A stretch of DNA of 62,619 nt, filler included. It is 5 parts of 5 records of this genome, joined end to end, with 100 filler letters (N's around TTAATTAATTAA, not from the genome) between each part and the next. Parts side by side here need not be neighbours in the genome. Positions count along the whole stretch, not along the records: positions 1 to 12,098 come from DRR723986_4089; 4 more parts are not named here. One strand, 5' to 3'. Both the position numbers and the translations under genes were made by a program. Position 1 is the stretch's first letter. Each line of letters begins with the position of its first letter. This document shows, piece after piece, positions 1 to 10,547 of the stretch. Below the pieces are notes generated by a model that saw nothing but the letters and a program-made list of their open reading frames with translations, made no database searches and was not told where the DNA came from.

Positions 1-677
1 AAGGTTCCGCCCGCCTCCAGCGTGTCTGCAAGGCGGCCAGCGGTTTTGCCCGCCACCGCATCCACCGCCAGCTTCATCTTGGCGCCTGTGGCGGCTTTGA
101 CGTCCCGCGCCAAATCAGGGCTGTCGACCAACACCACATCTGCGCCCAGATCTTTCAATCCTGCAATTGCGCTTTCGCGGCGCACAACACAGGCCACATT
201 GATGCCTTTGGCCTTGGCCAATTGTACCAGATAGCCGCCCACGGCAGAATTCGCAGCAGACTGGATCACCCAGTCACCCTCTTTCAGATCCACATAATCC
301 GACAGCAAAAGCGCCGCTGTGGCCGGATTGACCAACAACATCGAAAGCTGGTCCAGATCGCCCTCGGGCAGCGGCACCAGATGGCGCGGATCGCACACTG
401 TTTCACTGACCCAAGTGCCCTGCCCCGCTGGCAGCAAGACCAATTGCCCTTCGCCCGGCCCCTCAACAATGCGCCCCAGCCCTTCGTTGCCCGCGATTGC
501 GGGCAGCGGTGGCTTCACACCATAATTGCCGGACACCTGAATAAGATCGGAGGGATTGATCGGCGCACGCAGCACCTGCACCCGCACCTGCCCTTCGCCC
601 AATGGCGCATCAGGGGTTTCAACAACTTTGAGCACGTCCGCCGGATTGCCAAAGGTTTCGTAGATCACTTGCTTCAT
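1..677 (-). CDS. MDR-superfamily oxidoreductase (2-enoyl-thioester reductase-like), 3' end beyond window edge
   Basis: Not in the ORF track. Reverse strand from ATG at 677 reads MKQVIYETFGNPADVL...APINPSDL...GNEGLG...VNPATA...QSAANSAVG, open to base 1; AGGAG RBS upstream. Confidence 0.85.
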   Translation of the reverse strand, partial: MKQVIYETFGNPADVLKVVETPDAPLGEGQVRVQVLRAPINPSDLIQVSGNYGVKPPLPAIAGNEGLGRIVEGPGEGQLVLLPAGQGTWVSETVCDPRHLVPLPEGDLDQLSMLLVNPATAALLLSDYVDLKEGDWVIQSAANSAVGGYLVQLAKAKGINVACVVRRESAIAGLKDLGADVVLVDSPDLARDVKAATGAKMKLAVDAVAGKTAGRLADTLEAGGT

Positions 678-772
678 GGGTTTTCTCCTGTTGTCCTCAA
701 CATGGGGCAGCGAAGGAGGCGGCGCTAGCCCACGGGCCGTAACGTCATTTGGACATCTGTGCAGCCCCGCGC

Positions 773-895
773 AAAAAAATGGGCCAGACAATATGTCCGG
801 CCCAAGTCCAACAGGGAGGTATATGTCATTGCCCGGACATATGCTTCGGGTTCAAACCGATTGGCGGGTCATGAAAACCCCGCCACTCAGGGGAA
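773..895 (-). ncRNA. 3'UTR-derived small RNA, SorX-like
   Basis: Minus strand: hairpin GGCGGG..CCCGCC, hairpin ATATGTC..GACATAT, single-stranded ACCTCCCTGTTGGACTT, terminator GGGCCGGACA-TAT-TGTCTGGCCC + T7; directly downstream of the ompR-family gene divergent from ribA. Ends approximate. Confidence 0.7.
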
Positions 896-927
896 TAATT
901 CGGTTCCGCGAAAATGGTTCCCGCGAA

Positions 928-1614
928 TCAGGCCATCAACCTGTACCCACCACTTTCCGTAACAAGAAGGCGCGCATTTGACGGATCTGGTTCAATTTTT
1001 TGCCGAAGCCGGTAAATATGCGTTTCAAGCGTGTGTGTCGTGACACCTGCGTTGTAGCCCCAGACCTCGTGCAACAGCACATCGCGCGGCACCACACCAT
1101 CGTTGGACCGGTACAAAAACTTGAGGATATTGGTTTCTTTCTCGGTCAGGCGTACCTTGCGGTCGTCTTCGGTGATCAACATCTTCATCGAAGGTTTGAA
1201 GGTGTAGGGCCCAAGCTGGAACACGGCGTCTTCGGATTGTTCATGCTGGCGCAGCTGGGCGCGGATACGGGCGAGCAGAACCGGAAACTTGAATGGCTTG
1301 CTCACGTAATCATTGGCCCCAGCATCCAAGCCCAAGATTGTGTCTGCATCGGTGTCATGACCGGTAAGCATGACAATCGGGCTTTTTACACCCTGTTTGC
1401 GCATCAGGCGGCACAGCTCACGGCCATCGGTATCGGGCAGGCCCACATCAAGGATGACCAGATCATAGATCGCCTCCTTCGCGCGGGACATCGCATCGGC
1501 CCCGTTCTCCGCCTCGAATACGTCGAAGTCTTCGGTCATGAACAATTGCTCGCTCAACGCTTCGCGCAGGTCGTCGTCGTCATCCACAAGCAGGATTTTT
1601 TTGAGCTGGGCCAT
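928..1614 (-). CDS. OmpR/PhoB-family response regulator
   Basis: REC domain (LLVDDD, ILDVGLPD, KPF) and winged helix (LTEKE, VWGY, ETHIYRLRQKIE, GGYRL); start set at MAQLKK. Confidence 0.95.
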   Translation of the reverse strand: MAQLKKILLVDDDDDLREALSEQLFMTEDFDVFEAENGADAMSRAKEAIYDLVILDVGLPDTDGRELCRLMRKQGVKSPIVMLTGHDTDADTILGLDAGANDYVSKPFKFPVLLARIRAQLRQHEQSEDAVFQLGPYTFKPSMKMLITEDDRKVRLTEKETNILKFLYRSNDGVVPRDVLLHEVWGYNAGVTTHTLETHIYRLRQKIEPDPSNARLLVTESGGYRLMA

Positions 1615-1778
1615 ACATTTCTCCAATCAACTTGGGATATAGATGCGTCTTGCACCCCGCTGCGGCAAGGTTTGCTGCAATTCTTTCACAGCCTCGTGTT
1701 GCAAAGCACCTGAATTGTTTCAATCTGTGTCATGAAGGCGTAAGTAGACCGTATCGAACAAAGAAGTTATAATATCAC

Positions 1779-2867
1779 ATGAGTTTTGGTCCGGACATCA
1801 CTGAACAATTGGCCCGTGCGCGGGCTGACCTGCGCATGGGCGTGCCTGTTGTCCTGAACGGGGCGCAATCTGTGCTGGTTCTGGCCGCTGAAACGTTGAA
1901 TGCGCAGCGGCTGACCGATCTTCTGGCTTTGGGTGGTGATCCCGTTTTGACAGTGACCGCGCGGCGGGCCGAAACCCTCAAGGCGCGGGTTTATGATGAG
2001 GATCTGGCGCGGTTGCCCCTGCCCGGTGATGCCACGCCAGCATGGGTGCAAAGCATCGCAAATCCGGCTGATGATTTGCGCTCGCCTATGAAGGGGCCGT
2101 TCAATTGCGCCCGTGGCGGTGATGTGCAGGCCCACCGCACTGCGTTGCAATTGGTGAAATCGGCCCGGCTTTTGCCTGCGGTTCTGGTTCTGGATTTGCC
2201 TGACGGACGCGGCTTTGCCAACACACATGGGCTGACCGCGCTGGATCTGGTTTCCGCGATGCCAATCCTGTCTTTGCGCAGTGATCTGCATCCGGTGGTC
2301 AATGCCCGCCTGCCAATGGAAGCTTCCGATGCGGGACGGCTGCACATTTTCCGCCCCGAAGACGGCGGCGAGGAACATTACGCCATCGAAGTGGGCCGTC
2401 CTGACCGCAGCAAACCCGTGCTGGCGCGGCTGCATTCTGCCTGCTTTACCGGAGACGTCATGGGCAGCCTCAAATGCGATTGCGGCCCGCAATTGCGGGC
2501 GGCATTGGCGCAAATGGGGCAAGAAGGACACGGCGTTTTGCTTTACCTCAATCAAGAAGGGCGCGGCATCGGTCTTGCCAACAAGATGCGGGCCTATTCG
2601 CTTCAGGATCAGGGGTTTGATACGGTTGAAGCCAACCACAGGCTTGGTTTTGAGGATGATGAACGCGATTTCCGGCTTGGCTCCGATATTCTGAAATCCA
2701 TGGGGTTTTCCGCCGTGCGCCTGCTCACCAACAATCCGCGCAAGGTTGAGATGATGCAGGCCAGCGGCATTGATGTGGCTGAACGGGTGCCACTGATGGT
2801 GGGGGAAAACCACTACAACCGTGATTATCTGGCGACCAAGGCCGCCAAATCGGGCCATCTGCTCTGA
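1779..2867 (+). CDS. ribA: GTP cyclohydrolase II with degenerate N-terminal DHBP-synthase-like domain
   Basis: RLHSACFTGD..GSLKCDCG zinc motif, QEGRGIGLANK, DTVEAN, LLTNNP. Confidence 0.95.
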   Translation: MSFGPDITEQLARARADLRMGVPVVLNGAQSVLVLAAETLNAQRLTDLLALGGDPVLTVTARRAETLKARVYDEDLARLPLPGDATPAWVQSIANPADDLRSPMKGPFNCARGGDVQAHRTALQLVKSARLLPAVLVLDLPDGRGFANTHGLTALDLVSAMPILSLRSDLHPVVNARLPMEASDAGRLHIFRPEDGGEEHYAIEVGRPDRSKPVLARLHSACFTGDVMGSLKCDCGPQLRAALAQMGQEGHGVLLYLNQEGRGIGLANKMRAYSLQDQGFDTVEANHRLGFEDDERDFRLGSDILKSMGFSAVRLLTNNPRKVEMMQASGIDVAERVPLMVGENHYNRDYLATKAAKSGHLL

Positions 2868-2877
2868 TATGGTCACC

Positions 2878-3372
2878 ATGACGCCCGAAGATATGGTGCT
2901 GACGCCGCTTGGCCTGCGGTTTCTCGGGCGGCGGTTTCCTTGCACCATTGGCAAAGGTGGCATCACATCGGACAAGCGAGAAGGAGATGGCGCCACGCCG
3001 CGCGGTGTTCACCGCATAGTCGGCATGCTGTACCGGCCCGACAGAATGGCCGCCCCTGCGCCTTGGGCGTTGCCAATCCGGCCGGGTGATTTGTGGTCGG
3101 ATGCCTCAGGGGATGCGGATTATAACCAGATGGTCCGGGTGCCTTATACGCCTAGCGCAGAAAGCTTGCGGCGGGCGGACCCACTTTATGATCTTATATT
3201 GCTGACCGATTGGAACTGGCCGGACGCCAAGGCGGGTCTTGGTTCTGCTATTTTTGTGCATCAACAAAGGCGGCCGGGTTTCCCGACCGAAGGTTGTATT
3301 GGACTGCGCAGAGACGATTTGCGTTGGATCGCGGCCAGAACGGATCACGGAACCCGCTTGATCGTCCGTTGA
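2878..3372 (+). CDS. L,D-transpeptidase (YkuD-like) family protein
   Basis: KREGDGATPRG and SAIFVH...PTEGCI catalytic His/Cys motif. Confidence 0.85.
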   Translation: MTPEDMVLTPLGLRFLGRRFPCTIGKGGITSDKREGDGATPRGVHRIVGMLYRPDRMAAPAPWALPIRPGDLWSDASGDADYNQMVRVPYTPSAESLRRADPLYDLILLTDWNWPDAKAGLGSAIFVHQQRRPGFPTEGCIGLRRDDLRWIAARTDHGTRLIVR

Positions 3373-3373
3373 T

Positions 3374-4027
3374 CTAGGCGGGGACACGATCCCCAAAAAT
3401 GGCAGAGCCGACGCGCACGTGCGTGGCGCCTAAAGCAATGGCCCGCTCAAAGTCACTGCTCATACCCATGGACAGACCAGCCAGATCATTGCGTTTGGCG
3501 ATTTTGGCCAGCAAAGCAAAGTGCAACGATGGCTCCTCATCTGCTGGCGGGATGCACATGAGACCCTTCACCGGTAAATCAAGGACGCGGCATTCGGCGA
3601 CAAAGGCATCTGTTTCACTTGGCATCACCCCTGCCTTTTGCGGCTCTTCCCCGGTGTTGACTTGAATGAACAGATCAGGGCAGCGCCCGATTTCCTGTGC
3701 AATCCGCGCGATGGTCTTGGCAAGCTTGGGCCGGTCAAGCGAATGGATGGCGTCAAACAATTCCATCGCTTGGCGGGTTTTGTTGCTTTGCAATGGTCCG
3801 ATCAGATGCAAATCAACGCCCACAAAGCTGTCTTTGAAATTAGGCCATTTGCCCGCGGCCTCTTGCACCTTGTTCTCGCCAAAACAGCGGTGACCCTGTT
3901 TCAGCACACCCTCCACCCGTTCATTGGGCTGCACTTTACTGACCGCGATCAGTTTGACCGATCCGGGCTGGCGCCCTGCGTCTTGTTCGGCTTGGGAAAT
4001 GCGGATGGTGATGTCTTGCAGGCTCAT
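3374..4027 (-). CDS. yggS: YggS-family PLP homeostasis protein
   Basis: AVSKVQ, FGENKVQE, HLIGPLQSNK, LSMGMSSD, VRVGSAIFG. Confidence 0.95.
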   Translation of the reverse strand: MSLQDITIRISQAEQDAGRQPGSVKLIAVSKVQPNERVEGVLKQGHRCFGENKVQEAAGKWPNFKDSFVGVDLHLIGPLQSNKTRQAMELFDAIHSLDRPKLAKTIARIAQEIGRCPDLFIQVNTGEEPQKAGVMPSETDAFVAECRVLDLPVKGLMCIPPADEEPSLHFALLAKIAKRNDLAGLSMGMSSDFERAIALGATHVRVGSAIFGDRVPA

Positions 4028-4076
4028 GATCTAACGCTCTTGGAGGATGGGAGCGGCAGAAGACAACAGACCCGCG

Positions 4077-4110
4077 CAAAAGAAAAGGGGCAGACCAAAG
4101 GCCTGCCCCT
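4077..4110 (-). terminator. Intrinsic terminator of porin gene
   Basis: AGGGGCAG..CTGCCCCT stem followed on the minus strand by TTTCTTTT, ~20 nt after the porin stop. Confidence 0.8.
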
Positions 4111-4131
4111 AAAACCGTGGTTCAAATCAAC

Positions 4132-5019
4132 TTAGAAGTTGAAGCGAACACCCAGATCGGCACGGATGTTGTCGGAGCTCAGCGATGCGATACCGCCGCG
4201 CAGCGATGTACCGCCACCCAGATCGTGGTTGAAGTCAACACCGTAGGATGCGTTTGCGAAGTTGTCCGCATCAGCAACGTAGACTTCTACGTTTGTTGCT
4301 GCGCCAACGTCGAAACGACCGGCCAGAGTGATGTGGTCGCCAGCTGTGCCGTTGTCGGCATAGGCCAGAGTCACGTCAACTGGACCGAAGGAACCGCCAA
4401 CAGAAGCCGCCAGCTCAGTGTCGGCTGCGTTGTTGGAGTCCTGAACACCCAGAGCAAATGTCCAGCCGTTCCAGGAGTATGCTGCGTGTGCGGCGATACG
4501 GTCGTTGGTGTCGGAAGCGGACACGTGGAAGGACAGGTCGCCCATGGAGTACAGAACTTCAACGCCGTTGGAGCCTGCGGCACCGTTGCCACCGGAAGAA
4601 TACGCATCAGCGCGGAACTGGTATGCAGTGTACTCATAACCCAGACCGGTCAGGCCGAGGTCGATTGGGTACATGCCAGGCATGAATTCGATCGCGCCGT
4701 AGATGTTACCAACGCCAACTTCCAGACCGCCGGAACGTGCGAAGAAACGCGCGCCGTTGAAGCCTGTGCCTGCTGGGCTGTTGTTGTTGTCTGTGTTGTT
4801 TTGCTGCATGCGAACGCGTGCACCAAATGTTACGCCACCGTCAGATTCTGCGGATGCGTCGATCTGCAGACGGAGACGGCTTGTGATGTTGGTTTCGTTG
4901 CCAACTTTTGCTTCGTCGTACATGATACCAAAACGGCCGTAGCCGCCGAATGTAACGTCTGCTGCTGCAACGCCGGCTGTCGCAACCAGAGCTGTTGTAG
5001 CGAAGAGAACTTTTTTCAT
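4132..5019 (-). CDS. Outer-membrane porin (Rhodobacter type)
   Basis: Signal peptide MKKVLFATTALVATAGVAAA, amphipathic beta strands, C-terminal ADLGVRFNF. Confidence 0.93.
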   Translation of the reverse strand: MKKVLFATTALVATAGVAAADVTFGGYGRFGIMYDEAKVGNETNITSRLRLQIDASAESDGGVTFGARVRMQQNNTDNNNSPAGTGFNGARFFARSGGLEVGVGNIYGAIEFMPGMYPIDLGLTGLGYEYTAYQFRADAYSSGGNGAAGSNGVEVLYSMGDLSFHVSASDTNDRIAAHAAYSWNGWTFALGVQDSNNAADTELAASVGGSFGPVDVTLAYADNGTAGDHITLAGRFDVGAATNVEVYVADADNFANASYGVDFNHDLGGGTSLRGGIASLSSDNIRADLGVRFNF

Positions 5020-5307
5020 GAGTTTTCCCTCGGTTTGAATTCACATGCCCAGACCGGGGAATCCGGAAAGGGTATGCAGGGTGTTTGCCTCCTTTGCCCC
5101 CATTTGCGCAAGACGCCTGAAACGCCAGACCGCAATGTCGCGCTCAATGGTGCAGCTTTGCCACAGTTTTTCCCCATTGCCTTCCAAGTCGGACACAATT
5201 GCAGCCTTGAATCCCTGATTTCGTTGGGAATCGCACCAATACATATGCCTTGCCCAGACCGCACAGCTTGGATAGACCAGTGATCAAACAGGCAAAGGAA
5301 TGCTCGA

Positions 5308-5808
5308 ATGGCGCGTCAAACAGTTTGCAGAATCGGACTGTCCCTCTTGATTGTAGGGTCGATGACCGCTTGCGGCGCCATTGGCAAGCTGGGGCGTCCA
5401 GCCACAGAACGGCCTGCCTATTATAATAACGCAAACAACCCATCGGCCATCGAAACCGACCCGGACAATACGGTCTGGTCGATTTTCCGCGCAAAAACAG
5501 CGGATAACAAAGTATCGGTGAACCGCTATCTTTGGTCTGCGTCTCTTGAAGTGCTCAACTTCCTGCCAGTTCAAACCGTCGATCCATATACAGGTGTGAT
5601 CGTCACCGGCTATGGCACACCGCCCGGCGGTGGCCGCGCCTATCGCGCCACTGTGTTGATTGATGATCCTGCCCTTGATGCGCGGTCTTTGAATGTTGCC
5701 CTGCAAACGCGCGGCGGCCGATCCGTCAGCAAGGCAACCACACGCGCGGTTGAAGACGCGATTCTCTCCCGCGCACGCGAACTACGTATCTCAGACAACA
5801 AGTTCTGA
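5308..5808 (+). CDS. DUF3576-family putative lipoprotein
   Basis: Lipobox-like MTAC; VNRYLWSASLEVLNFLP..DPYTGVIVTG motif; usual position upstream of leuS. Confidence 0.85.
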   Translation: MARQTVCRIGLSLLIVGSMTACGAIGKLGRPATERPAYYNNANNPSAIETDPDNTVWSIFRAKTADNKVSVNRYLWSASLEVLNFLPVQTVDPYTGVIVTGYGTPPGGGRAYRATVLIDDPALDARSLNVALQTRGGRSVSKATTRAVEDAILSRARELRISDNKF

Positions 5809-5833
5809 GCCCGAACAGAATAACTGTCTACAC

Positions 5834-5872
5834 AAACGCCGGGCCCTGTGACACAAGCAGCCCGGCGTTTTC
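5834..5872 (+). terminator. Hairpin / putative terminator between DUF3576 gene and leuS
   Basis: AAACGCCGGGC...GCCCGGCGTTT 11-bp inverted repeat followed by T-rich tail. Confidence 0.55.
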
Positions 5873-5895
5873 TATTTCCAAAGGTCCGCTAAACG

Positions 5896-8442
5896 ATGCC
5901 CCGATATACCCCCGCCGAAATCGAAGCCCGCTGGCAGCAAGCCTGGGAAAAGGACGAAGTGTTCAAGGCGGTCCGCGCCGCGGACAAGCCCAAGTATTAT
6001 GTGCTTGAGATGTTCCCTTATCCCTCGGGGCGCATCCACATGGGCCATGTACGCAACTACACCATGGGCGATGTGATCGCCCGTTATAAGATCGCAACAG
6101 GGCACAACGTTTTGCACCCGATGGGTTGGGATGCATTCGGGATGCCTGCGGAAAACGCGGCGATGGCCATTGGTGGGCACCCGAAGGATTGGACCTACGG
6201 CAACATCGACGACATGCGCGGCCAGATGAAGCCGCTGGGCCTGTCGATTGATTGGTCCCGCGAATTTGCCACCTGTGATCCCGAATATTATGGCCAGCAG
6301 CAGGCCCTGTTCCTCGATTTCCTCGACGAAGGATTGGTTTACCGCAAGAACGCGGTGGTGAACTGGGATCCGGTCGATATGACGGTTCTGGCCAACGAAC
6401 AGGTTGAGGCCGGTCGCGGCTGGCGCTCTGGCGCATTGGTGGAACGGCGCGAGCTGACGCAATGGTTCTTCAAGATTTCGGACCATTCCGAAGAACTGCT
6501 TGCTGCGCTGGACACGCTCGACAACTGGCCTGCCAAGGTCAAACTGATGCAAGCCAACTGGATCGGCAAATCGCGCGGGCTTCAGTTTGCTTTCTCTACG
6601 ATAGATGCCCCCGAAGGCCATGACCGGATTGAGGTCTATACAACCCGCCCCGATACATTGATGGGCGCATCCTTTGTCGGGATCTCCCCGGATCATCCGC
6701 TGGCCAAAATGCTTGAACGCGAAAACGAAGATGTGGCGGCGTTCTGCGCTGAATGCCGCCAAGGCGGCACCACCGAAGAGGCGATTGAGACGGCCGAAAA
6801 GCTGGGCTTTGACACCGGCATTCGCGTGCGCCATCCCTTTGATACGGCCCATGAACTGCCGGTTTATATCGCCAACTTCATTCTTATGGATTACGGCACC
6901 GGCGCAATCTTTGGGTGCCCCGCGCATGACCAGCGCGATTTTGAATTTGCAACAAAATACGAACTGCCGATCATCTCGACCTATTTGCCGTCGGAAGACG
7001 CCAACGAGGTGTTGGACGAAGCCTATGTACCCGCCAAATCGGACAAGGTTTTCTACAACCGCGGTTTTGCTGGCGACGCGTGGCAGACCGGAGAAGAGGC
7101 AATCGACGCCGCCGTCGATTTCTGCGAGCAGAACGGCGTTGGCCAAGGCGTGACCAAATACCGCCTGCGCGACTGGGGCCTGTCCCGCCAACGCTATTGG
7201 GGGTGCCCGATCCCTGTCGTGCATTGCGATGCCTGCGGCGTGGTGCCAGAGAAAAAAGAGAACCTGCCGATTGAGCTGCCCTATGACGTGGACTTTGGCA
7301 CGCCGGGCAATCCGCTGGACCGGCACCCAACATGGCGCGACTGCGCCTGCCCGTCATGCGGTGCACCGGCCAAGCGTGAAACCGACACGATGGACACCTT
7401 TGTTGATTCGTCGTGGTATTTTGCGCGGTTCACTGCGCCGCGTGCCGAAACGCCGACCAATATGGAAGACGCCAAATACTGGATGAACGTCGATCAGTAC
7501 ATCGGCGGCATTGAACATGCGATTCTGCACCTGCTTTATTCGCGATTCTTTGCCCGCGCGATGCAGATCACCGGCCATTTGCCGGAAACGGCGGTCGAAC
7601 CGTTTGATGCCTTGTTCACCCAAGGCATGGTGACACATGAGATCTACCAGACCCGTGATGCGAAGGGTCGCCCGGTCTATCACCTGCCCGAAGATGTGAC
7701 GGATGGAAAACTGGAGGACGGCACCGAAGTGGAGATCATCCCTTCCGCCAAGATGTCCAAGTCCAAAAAGAACGTGGTCGATCCGCTGCACATTATCTCC
7801 AACTACGGTGCGGACACCGCCCGCTGGTTTGTGTTGTCCGATTCGCCTCCCGAGCGGGACGTGGAATGGACAGCCTCAGGCGCGGATGCGGCGTTCAAGC
7901 ACCTCACGCGGGTCTGGAACATCTGTGACCGCATCGGCGAGATGGACAAAGATGCCAAGGGCCAAGGCGATGAGGATCTGCTGCGGGCCATGCACAAGAC
8001 CATCCATGACGTGACCATGGGCGTCGAAAGCTTTGGCTTTAACGCGGCCATTGCGAAACTCTATGCCTTCACCGCCGTTTTGCAGAAATCCAAGGCCGGT
8101 TACGCCGCACAGCGCGAGGCGATCATGACACTGGCACAGCTGATGTCGCCAATGACACCGCATCTGGCCGAAGATATCTGGGCGCATCAGGGCGGGACCG
8201 GCCTGATCGTGACAGCCCCTTGGCCCAAGGCGGATGAGGCGATGCTGGTGGATGACACCGTGACCCTGCCCATTCAGGTCAACGGCAAACGCCGGGCCGA
8301 AATTCAGGTGCCTGCCGATATGTCCAAAGAAGAGGTTGAAAAAATCGCACTGGCCCACGAAGCTGTTGTGCGAAGCCTTGATGGCGCTGCGCCGAAAAAG
8401 GTCATCGTTGTGCCGGGACGGATTGTGAATGTCGTTGCCTAA
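5896..8442 (+). CDS. leuS: Leucine--tRNA ligase
   Basis: MFPYPSG, HMGH (HIGH), editing-domain YTTRPDT, KMSKS. Confidence 0.98.
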   Translation: MPRYTPAEIEARWQQAWEKDEVFKAVRAADKPKYYVLEMFPYPSGRIHMGHVRNYTMGDVIARYKIATGHNVLHPMGWDAFGMPAENAAMAIGGHPKDWTYGNIDDMRGQMKPLGLSIDWSREFATCDPEYYGQQQALFLDFLDEGLVYRKNAVVNWDPVDMTVLANEQVEAGRGWRSGALVERRELTQWFFKISDHSEELLAALDTLDNWPAKVKLMQANWIGKSRGLQFAFSTIDAPEGHDRIEVYTTRPDTLMGASFVGISPDHPLAKMLERENEDVAAFCAECRQGGTTEEAIETAEKLGFDTGIRVRHPFDTAHELPVYIANFILMDYGTGAIFGCPAHDQRDFEFATKYELPIISTYLPSEDANEVLDEAYVPAKSDKVFYNRGFAGDAWQTGEEAIDAAVDFCEQNGVGQGVTKYRLRDWGLSRQRYWGCPIPVVHCDACGVVPEKKENLPIELPYDVDFGTPGNPLDRHPTWRDCACPSCGAPAKRETDTMDTFVDSSWYFARFTAPRAETPTNMEDAKYWMNVDQYIGGIEHAILHLLYSRFFARAMQITGHLPETAVEPFDALFTQGMVTHEIYQTRDAKGRPVYHLPEDVTDGKLEDGTEVEIIPSAKMSKSKKNVVDPLHIISNYGADTARWFVLSDSPPERDVEWTASGADAAFKHLTRVWNICDRIGEMDKDAKGQGDEDLLRAMHKTIHDVTMGVESFGFNAAIAKLYAFTAVLQKSKAGYAAQREAIMTLAQLMSPMTPHLAEDIWAHQGGTGLIVTAPWPKADEAMLVDDTVTLPIQVNGKRRAEIQVPADMSKEEVEKIALAHEAVVRSLDGAAPKKVIVVPGRIVNVVA

Positions 8443-8920
8443 AGCCACCTATCGCCGCCGGTTCATGGTGCTGGCCCCACTGGCGCTGGCCGCCTGCGGG
8501 TTTCAGCCGGTCTATGGGCCGGGCGGCAACGGGCAGCTTTTGCAAAACCGGATCGAGGTTGATCCGCCAAACGCACGCTACGACTATTTCCTGACGCGTG
8601 AGATTGAACAGAAGCTGGGGCGCGGCAGTTCTCCGGCCTATGGTCTTGCGGTCAATATCAGCACCAGAGAGGAACGGTTGGCGATCAACCGGGCGGGTGA
8701 AACCACGCGGTTTGACCTGATCGGTTCGATTGATTACGCCTTGCGCGATCTGCAAACCGGACAGATCCTGACCTCCGGCCAGGTCGAGAACTTTACCGGC
8801 TATTCCGCCACTGGCACGACAGTGGCGACATTGGCCAGCAAACAGGATGCGGAAAAACGACTGATGGTGATTCTGGCCGATCAATTGATCGCACGCCTCT
8901 ACACCGCTGATCTGAGCTGA
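8429..8920 (+). CDS. lptE: LPS assembly lipoprotein LptE
   Basis: Lipobox [11 protein letters not shown]; leuS-lptE-holA order. Confidence 0.9.
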   Translation: MSLPKATYRRRFMVLAPLALAACGFQPVYGPGGNGQLLQNRIEVDPPNARYDYFLTREIEQKLGRGSSPAYGLAVNISTREERLAINRAGETTRFDLIGSIDYALRDLQTGQILTSGQVENFTGYSATGTTVATLASKQDAEKRLMVILADQLIARLYTADLS

Positions 8921-9918
8921 TGAAGCTCAGCCCTCGCGACGCCAACGGCTACTTCTCCCGGCCCGACCCGGACAAAACCGGTCTGTTGATCTATGGCAGC
9001 GATGCGATGCGCGTCGCGCTGAAACGGCAGGAATTTCTCAAGGCGCTGCTTGGCCCCAATGCCGAGGAGGAAATGCGCCTCACCCGGATGCCCGCCGCCG
9101 AACTGCGCCGTGATCCGGCCATGCTTTTGGATGCGATCAAGGCAGTGGGGTTTTTCCCCGGCCCCCGTGCGGCGCTGGTGGAAGAGGCCAATGACAACAT
9201 CGCCAAGATCCTGATCGACACCCTTGCCGACTGGCAGCCCGGTGATGCGCAGATCGTTGTTACCGGCGGTGATCTCAAGAAAACGTCCAAAGTGCTCAAG
9301 GCGTTTCAGGAACATCGCAACGCCTATGCCACCGCGATTTATGACACCCCGCCCGACCGCACCGAGATTGAGCGTTTGTTGGCGGATGCCAAGCTAAAGC
9401 CGGAACCTGACGCGATGGCGAACCTCACAGATTTGGCGCGTGCGCTGGACCCCGGTGATTTTCGCCAAACGCTGGAAAAGCTGGCGCTGTATAAGCTGAA
9501 CGATTCCTCTGCGCTGACCCCTGATGATATCGCCGCCTGCGCCCCAACATCGACCGAGGCGGATGTGGATGACATCCTGCATGTGGTGGCCGAGGCGCGG
9601 ACGGGCGATATTGGTCCGGTGATGAGCAAACTGCAGGGGCAAGGCGTTAATCCCGTCACCTTGTGTATCATGGCGACCCGTCATTTTCGCACCCTCTACC
9701 GGATTTCCGCCAACCCCGGCGGGCCGATCTATGGTGTGCGCGACCGTGAGCGCGTGTCACGGCAGGCCCGCAATTGGGGCGCGGCACGTCTGGAAACCGC
9801 TTTGACCGTTTTGACAGACACCGACCTCAAATTGCGTTCTGCCGGACAAAATGCGCCCGCAATGGCATTGGTCGAACGGGCATTTATCCGACTTGCAATG
9901 CTGGGCACACAACGCTGA
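8920..9918 (+). CDS. holA: DNA polymerase III subunit delta
   Basis: LLIYGSD, LEKLALY clamp-loader motifs; follows lptE. Confidence 0.92.
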   Translation: MKLSPRDANGYFSRPDPDKTGLLIYGSDAMRVALKRQEFLKALLGPNAEEEMRLTRMPAAELRRDPAMLLDAIKAVGFFPGPRAALVEEANDNIAKILIDTLADWQPGDAQIVVTGGDLKKTSKVLKAFQEHRNAYATAIYDTPPDRTEIERLLADAKLKPEPDAMANLTDLARALDPGDFRQTLEKLALYKLNDSSALTPDDIAACAPTSTEADVDDILHVVAEARTGDIGPVMSKLQGQGVNPVTLCIMATRHFRTLYRISANPGGPIYGVRDRERVSRQARNWGAARLETALTVLTDTDLKLRSAGQNAPAMALVERAFIRLAMLGTQR

Positions 9919-9947
9919 GCAGGCACGATTGATCGAAAGGACAACAG

Positions 9948-10547
9948 ATGTACAAAGTGATCGGCGCGGCCAAATCAAGAGCCTTCCGCGTGATGTGGAT
10001 GCTCGAAGAGTTGAGGCAGGATTATGTTCAAATCGCTGCCCCGCCACGATCTGAGGAGGCGCTCAAGCACAATCCGACGGGCAAGATCCCAGCCTTGGTC
10101 GATGGTGAGGATGTGCTGACCGACAGCGTTGCGATCATGACCTATCTTGGCGACAAGCACGGGATGCTGACCGCGCCTGCCGGTACGCCCGCCCGCGCCC
10201 GTCAGGACGCTATGACCTTTTGGTTGATCGACGAATTCGACGCGATCCTTTGGGCGGCGGCAAAGCACAGCTTTGTCTTTCCTGAAGCGTTGCGGATGCC
10301 GCAGATCAAAGACAGCCTCAAAGCCGAGTTTGGCCGCGCAGCCGGCCTTCTGTCAGAGCGTCTGGACGGGCCATTCCTGATGGGAGATCAAATGACCCAT
10401 GCGGATATTCTGGCTGTACATTGCATCAACTGGTCCATCGGCGCGGGCTTCCCTCGGGTTGATGACAAGCTGAACGCTTGGGCCAAAGGTCTGCGCGATC
10501 GGGATGCCTTCAAGGCCGCCCAAGCCAAGGAACCCGCCGCCGCTTAA
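9948..10547 (+). CDS. Glutathione S-transferase family protein
   Basis: SRAFRVMWMLEEL, NPTGKIPAL, LTDSVAIMTYL, THADIL. Confidence 0.93.
   Translation: MYKVIGAAKSRAFRVMWMLEELRQDYVQIAAPPRSEEALKHNPTGKIPALVDGEDVLTDSVAIMTYLGDKHGMLTAPAGTPARARQDAMTFWLIDEFDAILWAAAKHSFVFPEALRMPQIKDSLKAEFGRAAGLLSERLDGPFLMGDQMTHADILAVHCINWSIGAGFPRVDDKLNAWAKGLRDRDAFKAAQAKEPAAA

Noticed and set aside
1630-1670. RpoH-type promoter upstream of the ompR gene (CTTG...CTATAT)
   Set aside because: Spacing is longer than the consensus I recall; cannot call confidently
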